Shown here piece by piece: positions 15,209-22,992 of a stretch of DNA of 22,992 nt (within the stretch, counting starts at the first letter, position 1; each line of letters begins with the position of its first letter). The notes below the pieces were generated by a model. It had not been told where the DNA came from. It searched no databases and worked only from the letters and a program-made list of their open reading frames with translations. A program made the position numbers and the translations under genes. This DNA is from Acidobacteriota bacterium (lineage in GTDB: Bacteria; Acidobacteriota; UBA6911; JACQSX01), in contig DASXQR010000149.1 in the NCBI GenBank assembly GCA_036507075.1, positions 1 to 22,992 on the forward strand, written 5' to 3'.

Positions 15209-17482
15209 ATGAAGCACCTGAGAGCTAACATGCTGCTGGTTTTTCTCCTTACCGCAGGCTCCCTTGCTTGGCTGATCGCAGCCGGACCGGATGCCGTTTT
15301 CCCCCCTCATCAGGTCAGGCACTGGGCCTTCCAGAAGATTACACCCGTTGATCCTCCCGCGGTCAAAAACAAGCCATGGGCGCGAAATCCGATAGATGCT
15401 TTTGTTCTGGCAAAACTGGAATCGAAAGGTCTATTGCCGGCGCCTGCGGCCGACAGAATCACGCTGATCCGGCGCGCGACTTTTGATCTGATCGGCTTGC
15501 CGCCAACACCTCAAGAAGTGAGCGCCTTTCTGGCGGACCGCTCTCCCAAAGCATTTGAAAAAGTAGTCGATCGCCTGCTGGCCTCTCCTCAATATGGAGA
15601 GCGCTGGGCCCGACACTGGCTCGATTTGGCGCGTTATGCCGAAAGTGAGGGCTTCAAATCCGATGAGACTCGGCCCAATGTTTGGCGCTATCGCGATTAC
15701 GTGATCCGGGCATTCAATTCCGACAAACCCTACGACCGCTTCATCCAGGAACAAATCGCCGGTGACGAGCTCTGGCCCGATGATCCTGACGCCCACATCG
15801 CCACAGGTTTCAACCGGCACTATCCGGACGAGAGCAATGCGCGCAATCTGATGCAGCGCCGTCAGGAGATCCTCAACGACATCACCGATACGGTCGGCTC
15901 CGTATTCATGGGCCTGACATACGGGTGCGCCCGCTGCCACAATCATAAATATGATCCTATCCTGCAGGCCGACTACTATCGCCTGCAGGCTTTTTTCGCC
16001 GGTGCCAGGGCCGCCGACGACATCATCCTGGCGCCGCAGGATGAAGTAGAGCGATATCGCCGGCAGCTTGCTGCCTGGGACGAGAAGACACGCGATATTC
16101 GCGAACGGATGCAGGCGATCGAAGAGCCAAAGCGCAAGGAAATTGTTCAGGATTTCGTTGTTAAGTACCCGCCCGAGATCCAGAGTGCCATAAACAGGGC
16201 CCCGGCTGAGCGGACTCCTATCGAATGGCAGATGTATTACAAGGCCAAAGCGTACCTTGATCCGAATTCGCACGCCTACATTGCCAGCAGCGCCGATGTG
16301 GCGAAGAGTCTGAAGGGAGAGGCAAAAAAGCAGTGGGAGGCGCTGAAGGGGGAGCTGGATAAATTTGAACCGCTGCGCCCCGCAGATCTGCCGATCGGGT
16401 CAGGAATTATCGATGCAGGAGCCGACGCCCCGCCTTCCTACGTGTTGAACGGCGGCGTCTACGATGCCAAGAAAGAGCAGGTCCAGCCCGGATTCCTTAC
16501 GCTTTATGATCCCGGTCCGGCGCGAATCAATCGCCCGGCCGCCCTGCAGTCGACCGGTCGCCGCACAGCACTGGCTGCCTGGCTGACCGATCCAGGCAAT
16601 CCGTTCCCGGCACGTGTGATGATCAACCGCGTGTGGCTTTATCACTTCGGACAGGGAATCGTAAACACACCGAGTAATTTTGGACTCTCAGGGGAAAACC
16701 CAAGCGATCCCAAACTTCTCGACTGGCTGGCAAACGAGTTTGTGCGGACAGGCTGGAGCCTGAAGAAGATGCACCGGTTGATTATGACCTCCAACACCTA
16801 CCGCCAGGTGTCGCTCTATCGTGCTGAAGCCGCAAAGCTTGATCCGCAGAACCGTATGTTATGGAGATTTCCGCGCCAGCGACTGGAGGCGGAAATTATC
16901 CGCGATGCTTCTCTTGCCGTCGCCGGAATGATCAACCTGACGAGGGGCGGCCCGAGTGTTTTTCCGGAGTTACCCGAGGGCATGAAAACCCGCGGCGGGT
17001 GGAAAGTCAGTGAAGACACACAGGACCGAAACCGGCGCAGTATCTACATCTTCGTGCGCCGCAATACGCGTTACCCGATGTTTGAGACCTTCGACATGCC
17101 CGATACGCACGAAAGTTGCGCCCGGCGCAACCAAACCACGACTCCGCTTCAGGCTCTCACCATGATGAACGATCAATTGATGCTTCAGTGGGCTGAGGGA
17201 TTCGCGGGTCGCGTGCTGCAGGCGACCGGCGCGAACAGAAAGGCGCAAGTCGAACTGGCTTACCGCCTGGCTTATTCGCGTCCGCCCGCCAGAGATGAAC
17301 TGCAGATGGCGCTGCAATTCCTGGATCGGCAGAAGGGCATTATCGACCAGCGTGAGGCCGCAGGAGAAAAGTTGGCCGTTCCCGGTGTGGTACCCGGTGG
17401 CGTCGCGAAGTCGGAAGCAGCCGCTCTGGTGGATTTCTGCCACACGCTGCTCAATTCGAACGAGTTCTTGTATCGGAATTAG
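15209..17482 (+). CDS. DUF1549 + DUF1553 (PSCyt2/PSD1-type) protein
   Basis: HWAF, NPIDAFV, LIRRATFDLIGLPPT, YGERWARHWLDLARYAES, CARCHNHKYDP, RVMINRVW...FGQGIV, RRSIY, TPLQAL and LLNSNEFLY. Confidence 0.95.
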   Translation: MKHLRANMLLVFLLTAGSLAWLIAAGPDAVFPPHQVRHWAFQKITPVDPPAVKNKPWARNPIDAFVLAKLESKGLLPAPAADRITLIRRATFDLIGLPPTPQEVSAFLADRSPKAFEKVVDRLLASPQYGERWARHWLDLARYAESEGFKSDETRPNVWRYRDYVIRAFNSDKPYDRFIQEQIAGDELWPDDPDAHIATGFNRHYPDESNARNLMQRRQEILNDITDTVGSVFMGLTYGCARCHNHKYDPILQADYYRLQAFFAGARAADDIILAPQDEVERYRRQLAAWDEKTRDIRERMQAIEEPKRKEIVQDFVVKYPPEIQSAINRAPAERTPIEWQMYYKAKAYLDPNSHAYIASSADVAKSLKGEAKKQWEALKGELDKFEPLRPADLPIGSGIIDAGADAPPSYVLNGGVYDAKKEQVQPGFLTLYDPGPARINRPAALQSTGRRTALAAWLTDPGNPFPARVMINRVWLYHFGQGIVNTPSNFGLSGENPSDPKLLDWLANEFVRTGWSLKKMHRLIMTSNTYRQVSLYRAEAAKLDPQNRMLWRFPRQRLEAEIIRDASLAVAGMINLTRGGPSVFPELPEGMKTRGGWKVSEDTQDRNRRSIYIFVRRNTRYPMFETFDMPDTHESCARRNQTTTPLQALTMMNDQLMLQWAEGFAGRVLQATGANRKAQVELAYRLAYSRPPARDELQMALQFLDRQKGIIDQREAAGEKLAVPGVVPGGVAKSEAAALVDFCHTLLNSNEFLYRN

Positions 17483-17651
17483 GTTTTCGCGTTTTCGAGT
17501 TACGGGTTTCGTGTTTGTGTTTTGGTTAAAGCGCGATGCCGGTTCCTTTTTGAAAGGGAATTGCCTGGTTCGACTTTTTTAATTCTTAAATCTTAAATTT
17601 TGGAATTCGACAACCCGTAACTCATAACCCGGCAACCCGTAAACTCATAAA
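17482..17651. repeat. Inverted GAGTTAC/GGGTTT vs AACCCG/AACTCA repeat array with AT-rich heptamer core
   Basis: Shares TTCGACAAYCCRTAACTC with 11500-11517. Confidence 0.75.
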
Positions 17652-17661
17652 AGGCTAAGCG

Positions 17662-19104
17662 ATGAAACTAAACAATTCCCATGTCGTCTCCCCAACCTCG
17701 CGGCGCGAGTTTCTGGAACGCGCAGGGGGCGGTTTTGGAATGCTTGCCCTCAGCTATTTGCTCGGGCAGGACGGGTACTTTTTGAATGCGGCATCGGGGA
17801 AGCCGGCTGACAATCCACTGGCTCCCAAACTCCCGCATCATCCTGCTCGCGCGAAATCGGTCATTTGGCTGTTCATGGAAGGCGGACCGAGCCACCTCGA
17901 TCTGTTCGATCGCAAACCGGAGTTGGAAAAGCTTTCTGGCCAGCCCATGCCCGACTCGTTCGGCCGGCCCATCACAGCCATGGGAACAGCATCCAACACG
18001 CTGATGCCGTCGCAGCGAACATGGAAGCAATACGGCAGCAGCGGCATCTGGGTCTCGGACTGGTACGCTGAGACGGCAAAACATGTGGATGACATGGCCG
18101 TGATTCGCTCCTGTTGGGCGGATGGTCTCAATCACGTCGGGTCTGTGTGCCAGATGAATACCGGCGATATCCTGGCTGGCCGCCCCGCGCTGGGAGCCTG
18201 GACTACTTATGGTCTGGGTTCGGCCAATGAGAATCTTCCCACGTTTGTGATCCTCACGGACGCGGGAGAAGTCGTCGGCGGTCCGAAGAACTGGAGCGCG
18301 GGTTTTCTCCCGGCCACTTACGAGGGAACGCAGTTCCGCCGTGACGGCTCGCCGATTTTCCACCTGCAGCGGCCCGACACGATCAGCGACAAACAACAGC
18401 GAAGCAAACTTGACCTGCTTGCGCAACTGAACCGCCGGTACGATGCGGACAAACCCGATGACACGGAACTGGAAGCGCGCTTGAACGCGTATGAACTGGC
18501 CTATCGAATGCAGTCGGCGGCACCGGAAGCCGTCGATCTTGCCAAGGAGTCCGAAGCTACGCGGAAGCTCTACGGGCTGGACGACAAGCTGACGGAAAAA
18601 TTCGGAGCCAATTGCCTGCTCGCGCGCAGGCTGGTCGAGCGGGGAGTTCGCTTCGTGGAGCTTTACTGCGGAAGCGGAAGCGGTTGGGACGCCCACGTTG
18701 ACCTGGAAGATAATCACTCCAAAATGTGTCGTGTTTCCGATAAGCCGATCGCGGGTCTGCTGACCGATTTGAAAGCTCACGGCCTTCTTGAGAGTACCCT
18801 GGTAATCTGGGGCGGCGAATTTGGCCGCACGCCTTTCAACGAAAAGGGAAAGGGTCGGGACCATAATCCCTGGGGATTTACCATGTGGATGGCCGGTGGA
18901 GGCGTCAAGGGTGGGCAGGTTATCGGCTCCACCGATGAGATCGGACTGCGGGCAGTGGACAAGCCATTTCATGTTCACGACATCCATGCCACCATTCTCG
19001 ATCTGCTGGGGCTCGACCATAAGGAACTCACGTACCTGCATAACGGCAGAGACGAGCGGCCTACCATCAACGGCGGTCGGGTCATCCGCGAAGTGATCGG
19101 ATGA
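17662..19104 (+). CDS. DUF1501 family protein (sulfatase-like superfamily), Tat signal
   Basis: SRREFL; AKSVIWLFMEGGPSHLDLFD, CLLARRLVERGVRFV, WDAH, WGGEFGRTP, GRDHNP and HDIHATIL. Confidence 0.95.
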   Translation: MKLNNSHVVSPTSRREFLERAGGGFGMLALSYLLGQDGYFLNAASGKPADNPLAPKLPHHPARAKSVIWLFMEGGPSHLDLFDRKPELEKLSGQPMPDSFGRPITAMGTASNTLMPSQRTWKQYGSSGIWVSDWYAETAKHVDDMAVIRSCWADGLNHVGSVCQMNTGDILAGRPALGAWTTYGLGSANENLPTFVILTDAGEVVGGPKNWSAGFLPATYEGTQFRRDGSPIFHLQRPDTISDKQQRSKLDLLAQLNRRYDADKPDDTELEARLNAYELAYRMQSAAPEAVDLAKESEATRKLYGLDDKLTEKFGANCLLARRLVERGVRFVELYCGSGSGWDAHVDLEDNHSKMCRVSDKPIAGLLTDLKAHGLLESTLVIWGGEFGRTPFNEKGKGRDHNPWGFTMWMAGGGVKGGQVIGSTDEIGLRAVDKPFHVHDIHATILDLLGLDHKELTYLHNGRDERPTINGGRVIREVIG

Positions 19105-19125
19105 CCGCCCTGCCACACCATTACT

Positions 19126-19180
19126 CTTCGGGAGCTTGGTGCCTTGGTGGTTGATTGAAAATGAACCACCAAGACACCAA
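19126..19180. repeat. 9-mer arms in outward orientation (CTTGGTGCC TTGGTGGTT / AACCACCAAG ACACCAAG)
   Basis: Inverted pair visible downstream of the DUF1501 gene. Confidence 0.75.
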
Positions 19181-19311
19181 GCCCGGTACGATGCCCGCGT
19201 GACAAGCCGGCCTGCTTCACACTTTCTGAGCACCCAAGGAGATTCTCTTTCGGCGCGCATTTCTCTACCCCTTGTTTTTCTCTGGTACGTCTTTTTGCTC
19301 CAAAAACCGCG

Positions 19312-21516
19312 ATGAAAAAAGACCCTGGCTTGTTACTGCACCGCCGGCAGTTCGCTCAATTGACTGCAGGCTCCCTGATCCTGACTTTCATGCCGCGCCA
19401 GGCGAAGGCAGCCGAGACTCCCTGGTACGCTTCCATGCGGCGCTGCGGGCAGATCAACTTCAACGAACGTGATCCGCTCAACATGGACGTGGAAGCGTGG
19501 GCCAGGTACTGGACTTCGCTGAAGGTGAATGCGGTGTTGCTCAACGGAGGCGGAATTCTGGCGTTCTATCCCACTGCCGTTCCCTATCATCATCGAAGCG
19601 AGTTTCTCGGCTCGCGAGACCTGTTTGGCGAGATGGTAGCGGCCGTCAGGAAGAACAATATCAACGTTGTAGCCAGGATGGACTGCAACTACGCCTACAA
19701 AGAAGCATTGGATGCGCATCCGGAATGGTTCGAAAGAAACAGCGACGGCTCATCACGCAAGCATAACGAGTCGCCATGGTTGTACAAGACGTGCATGTTC
19801 AGCACCTACTTTTCCGAACAGATGCCCCGCATCTACCGGGAGATCAGCCAGCGTTATCCGGTAGACGGTTTTTTCACCAACGGGTGGCCCAGTACGGGAG
19901 CGCTCACCGTGTGCTATTGCGGCGCCTGTCGCAAAGTTTATCGCGAGAAGGTCGGAGGAACCCCCAGCGAACAGACCGATGCAGGCAGCCCGCTTTACCG
20001 GAAATATTACGACGTCTACATGGACCGGGTGCTGGAGATCTGGAAGCTGTGGGATGGCGTGGCGCGGGAAAAAAAGCCGGATTCCGTATACGTGGGGAAC
20101 CTGGGTGGCGGTATTCGCACTGTGAAGAGCCTCAAACGACTCGGGGACTCGGCCGGCTGGTTCAACGCCGACCACCAGGGGAGGTCCGGCGATACGCCCA
20201 TCTGGGACTGCGCGCAACAGGGAAGAGTGGCGCAGTCGGTGATGAAAGGGCGGACCATCACCAACGTTACCGGGTCCTATGCCAACGGCCGCCCCACCTG
20301 GAGGCATGTCAGCAAATCGCCCGCCGAGGCTATTCTCTGGATGGCGCAAACCACCGCAAGCGGCATGGTGCCCTGGTTTCACTGGCTGGGCGGTTCTCCC
20401 GAGGACAACCGCTGGAGGGAAGTTGGATACTCCTTTTTCAACTGGCTGGCGGTAAATGAGCCGCATTTCCGAAACAAGCGGTCCCTTGCCGACATTGCTG
20501 TCCTTTATCCTCAGAGCACCATTGCTTTCTACAGGAGCGGAGACAAACCCGGGAGCTGGCGCGGTTCGGATCGTATTCAGACGAGCGAATATCTGCAGGG
20601 ACTTTATTACGCGCTACTGGAGGGTCGCTTCTTCTTTGACTTCGTGCACCAGGAAGATCTGGGTCTGGAGACTCTGAAGCAATACCGCGCGCTTCTTATT
20701 CCAAACGCGGCCTATCTGCGCGACCAGGAGTGCGGCCAGATTCGACAATTTGCCGCCGCCGGTGGATCGGTGATGGCCACCTTTGAAACTTCCCGTTATA
20801 ACGAATGGGGAGATCCTCGGACCAACTTTGCGCTCGCCGACCTGTTTGGCGCAAGCATCGCCGGCGAGGTGATCGGACCCTACGGCAACAGTTACATGCG
20901 AATCGAGGAGCGCAACGACATCACACGCGCCTTCGAGAACACAGCCCTCCTCCCGGGGCCCGAAAACCGCATTCCCGTCGCCGCGACGGAAGCGAACAAA
21001 CCATTCCTCACCGTGGTCCCGTATTACCCGGCATATCCCCCGGAAATGGTCTTCCCCCGCGCACCCAAGACTGATGAAGCGGCCGCAATAGTGCGCCACA
21101 CAAACAACAGCCGATTTGCCTATTTTGCCGGCGACGTGGACCGGACCTTCTGGAGATCAGGCAATACTGATCTCAGCCAGCTGATTCAAAACGCAGTAGG
21201 TTGGCTGCTGGGCGAGGCGCGCAGACCGGTGGTGGTTCAGGGAGAAGGGATGGCTGAAGTCTTTGCCTGGGAGACAGAGCCCGGCTACGCGGTGCACATC
21301 CTCAATTACAACAATCCCAACATGACGCGCGGGTATTTGCGGCGGTTTTACGCGATCGGGGCGCAGAGGGTGGAATTCGAGATTCCAGCCGGGAAGAGAA
21401 TCAGCAGCGTCAGGGCTCTGCGCACAGGTCGCCGCCTGTCTTTCCGCCGCGAAGGGCAGCGGCTCTACATTGAAGTTCCTTCGGTTGTAGATTACGAGGT
21501 AGTGGCCATCACTTGA
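19312..21516 (+). CDS. Tat-exported putative glycoside hydrolase (GHL6-like TIM barrel + beta-galactosidase trimerisation-like domain)
   Basis: HRRQFAQL twin-arginine signal; GGILAFYPT, RDLFGEMV, VVARMD, HPEWF, DGFFTN, CYCGAC, YRALLIPN and FAAAGGSVMATFETS. Confidence 0.8.
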   Translation: MKKDPGLLLHRRQFAQLTAGSLILTFMPRQAKAAETPWYASMRRCGQINFNERDPLNMDVEAWARYWTSLKVNAVLLNGGGILAFYPTAVPYHHRSEFLGSRDLFGEMVAAVRKNNINVVARMDCNYAYKEALDAHPEWFERNSDGSSRKHNESPWLYKTCMFSTYFSEQMPRIYREISQRYPVDGFFTNGWPSTGALTVCYCGACRKVYREKVGGTPSEQTDAGSPLYRKYYDVYMDRVLEIWKLWDGVAREKKPDSVYVGNLGGGIRTVKSLKRLGDSAGWFNADHQGRSGDTPIWDCAQQGRVAQSVMKGRTITNVTGSYANGRPTWRHVSKSPAEAILWMAQTTASGMVPWFHWLGGSPEDNRWREVGYSFFNWLAVNEPHFRNKRSLADIAVLYPQSTIAFYRSGDKPGSWRGSDRIQTSEYLQGLYYALLEGRFFFDFVHQEDLGLETLKQYRALLIPNAAYLRDQECGQIRQFAAAGGSVMATFETSRYNEWGDPRTNFALADLFGASIAGEVIGPYGNSYMRIEERNDITRAFENTALLPGPENRIPVAATEANKPFLTVVPYYPAYPPEMVFPRAPKTDEAAAIVRHTNNSRFAYFAGDVDRTFWRSGNTDLSQLIQNAVGWLLGEARRPVVVQGEGMAEVFAWETEPGYAVHILNYNNPNMTRGYLRRFYAIGAQRVEFEIPAGKRISSVRALRTGRRLSFRREGQRLYIEVPSVVDYEVVAIT

Positions 21517-21588
21517 TTCTCCGTGTCCTTTGTGCCTTTGTGGTGAAATCGGGTTCTGACCACAAAGACACAAAGACACAAAGGAGAA
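21517..21588. repeat. 9-mer arms in outward orientation (CTTTGTGCC TTTGTGGTG / ACCACAAAG ACACAAAG ACACAAAG)
   Basis: Same family as 6628-6777; its right end carries the AAGGAG ribosome-binding site of the next gene. Confidence 0.85.
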
Positions 21589-21591
21589 AAA

Positions 21592-22626
21592 ATGCAGTCA
21601 TCTTTCAGATCGCGCTTCGTCTCGCTCACTGTGATCCTTTTCGCAGCCTCCCTGCTCTGTTATGGGCAGACGAAGAAGGCCGGTAATCCGGAAGAGAGCC
21701 CGCCGTCTCATATCACCCGCCTGACAGGATTTGGCGAGCGGGCTGTCTGGTCTCCGGATGGAAAACGCATCGCATTCATGGGCAAAAGCTCCGGTGATGC
21801 CTTTGAAATCGATCTGGGGACAAAGATGACCCGGCTGCTCACCGGGCACTTTGTTCACCCTGGTTTCCTGCGCGTTCACTATCTTCCCAACGGTGATTTC
21901 TTTCTGATCGGGGCAAGGAGCTTCACCGATATTCAAACCACGCGCTCCAGGGACCAGGAGATGTGGGTGATGAAGGCGGACGCGAAAACTCCGCCCGTCC
22001 CTCTCAATCACAAGATCTCCGAAGGCGTGGCAATTTCGCGCAAGCGGATGAGAATCGCCTGGTCGAACACGCGCGGGCAATTTCCGGAGTTGCTGGCCCC
22101 CGGTGAATCGGTTCTATACATCGCCGATGTCAGCTACAGCAGTGGCACCCCGGTTCTGAGCAACAAAAGGGAGATCCTTCGGGCGAAGGGACCCGAGTGT
22201 ACGCTCGAAGCTCAGGATTTCCGGAACAATGACACCGAGCTTATTTACACATGCTACCGCTCGCCCTTCGCCGACGTGCTGGGCGTCGAGCTGGAGACGG
22301 GCAAGGTCACGGTCTACCGAAAGCTGGCCGGCGAATACAACGAGGTTGAGGGGATTTTTCCGGACGAAAAATATGCGCTGGTCGAATCGAGCCGCGATCA
22401 GGGCGGTCCGGAGCGGCAGAATTCCAGATACATCGACCTCTGGAAGCTGAGACTGGAGACCAACAGCAATGACTTTATGCGCATGACGCGCTGGGGAGAT
22501 TATGAAGGTTTTAAGGCTTCCAATCCGACTGTCAGCCCGGACGGAAAATGGTTTGCCTTTCAATCGGCGCGTAACAACGAACCGGCTGGAGTCGGTCACG
22601 GGATTTTTCTGTTTAAACTGAGATAA
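21592..22626 (+). CDS. Secreted TolB-like / PD40-repeat beta-propeller protein
   Basis: Signal peptide; RAVWSPDGKRIAF and NPTVSPDGKWFAF repeats. Confidence 0.85.
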   Translation: MQSSFRSRFVSLTVILFAASLLCYGQTKKAGNPEESPPSHITRLTGFGERAVWSPDGKRIAFMGKSSGDAFEIDLGTKMTRLLTGHFVHPGFLRVHYLPNGDFFLIGARSFTDIQTTRSRDQEMWVMKADAKTPPVPLNHKISEGVAISRKRMRIAWSNTRGQFPELLAPGESVLYIADVSYSSGTPVLSNKREILRAKGPECTLEAQDFRNNDTELIYTCYRSPFADVLGVELETGKVTVYRKLAGEYNEVEGIFPDEKYALVESSRDQGGPERQNSRYIDLWKLRLETNSNDFMRMTRWGDYEGFKASNPTVSPDGKWFAFQSARNNEPAGVGHGIFLFKLR

Positions 22627-22630
22627 GTAT

Positions 22631-22773
22631 CGGAATGCGGAATGCGGAATGTGGAGTACGGAGTGCGGAATGTGGAAGGCGGAATGCAGAATGCGGAATA
22701 TAGTCAAAATTAGTTCATCAAAGCACACCCGTTTGCATCGCTATTCCGCATTCCGCATTCCGAAATCCGCATT
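22631..22773. repeat. Inverted heptamer array: (CGGAATG)x~10 vs (ATTCCGC)x~4
   Basis: Directly visible; overlaps the predicted cyclophilin start. Confidence 0.9.
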
Positions 22774-22992
22774 CGAGCGTGCGGCTCTGGTGGCGGCGTG
22801 CGGCCTTCTATTGCTGGCGGCGGCAACCCTTGTACATTCGCAGCAGCTTCCAGCGCCTTTTGCCAGACAAGTGGTGCTGGAAACATCTTTCGGGTCCATT
22901 GTGATGGAACTTTATCCGGACGCCGCCCCGAACCATGTGAAGAAATTTCTGGAACGAGTGGAAAAAAACTTTTATGCCGGAACAACGTTTCA
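22691..22992 (+). CDS. Cyclophilin-type peptidyl-prolyl cis-trans isomerase, exported (3'-truncated by window edge; not in ORF track)
   Basis: Open to the window end: ...AALVAACGLLLLAAATLVHS-QQLPAPFARQVVLETSFGSIVMELYPDAAPNHVKKFLERVEKNFYAGTTF. The start is uncertain (in-frame ATGs at 22649, 22670 and 22691). Confidence 0.9.
   Translation, partial: MRNIVKISSSKHTRLHRYSAFRIPKSAFERAALVAACGLLLLAAATLVHSQQLPAPFARQVVLETSFGSIVMELYPDAAPNHVKKFLERVEKNFYAGTTF

Noticed and set aside
15431..16273. Other long antisense or alternate-frame ORFs (also 9643-10404, 19753-20466, 19776-20459, 22114-22728)
   Set aside because: They overlap well-supported genes and show no motifs.
17668..19260. 530-aa minus-strand ORF
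   Set aside because: Antisense shadow of the DUF1501 gene with no recognisable motifs; expected from GC-rich codon bias.

Overview
Bacterial chromosomal DNA of moderately high GC. The gene content (DUF1549/DUF1553-DUF1501 pair, DUF1326-like protein, Tat-type molybdoenzyme) suggests Acidobacteriota or a PVC-group organism, which is an inference. From left to right: (1) the 3' end and terminal repeat of an IS4-type element; (2) a class A penicillin-binding protein; (3) a small membrane zinc-ribbon gene; (4) an integrase-less integron-cassette remnant, comprising a RelE-Phd toxin-antitoxin pair, an attC-like site, a frameshifted small gene missing from the ORF track and a membrane protein; (5) a small basic DUF6496-like protein; (6) a long minus-strand run of mostly exported proteins: M48 protease, MauG-like di-haem protein, CxxC/CPCC protein, PaoABC-like molybdoenzyme, a coupled 83-aa Cys-rich protein, a DUF1326-like protein and a secreted hypothetical; (7) a plus-strand run: DUF1549/DUF1553, DUF1501, GHL6-like glycoside hydrolase, TolB/PD40-like protein and a cyclophilin cut by the window edge. 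Almost every intergenic space holds 6-9-nt tandem repeats in inverted, often nested arrays with REP-like palindromes inside. The best leads are: the molybdoenzyme FAD subunit that keeps the PaoB-type loop but lacks most of its [4Fe-4S] Cys ligands and is followed by a coupled Cys-rich mini-protein; the nested repeat system; the solo attC cassette remnant; and a MauG-like protein lacking its conserved inter-haem Trp. All family calls come from motif recognition by eye; no database searches were run.
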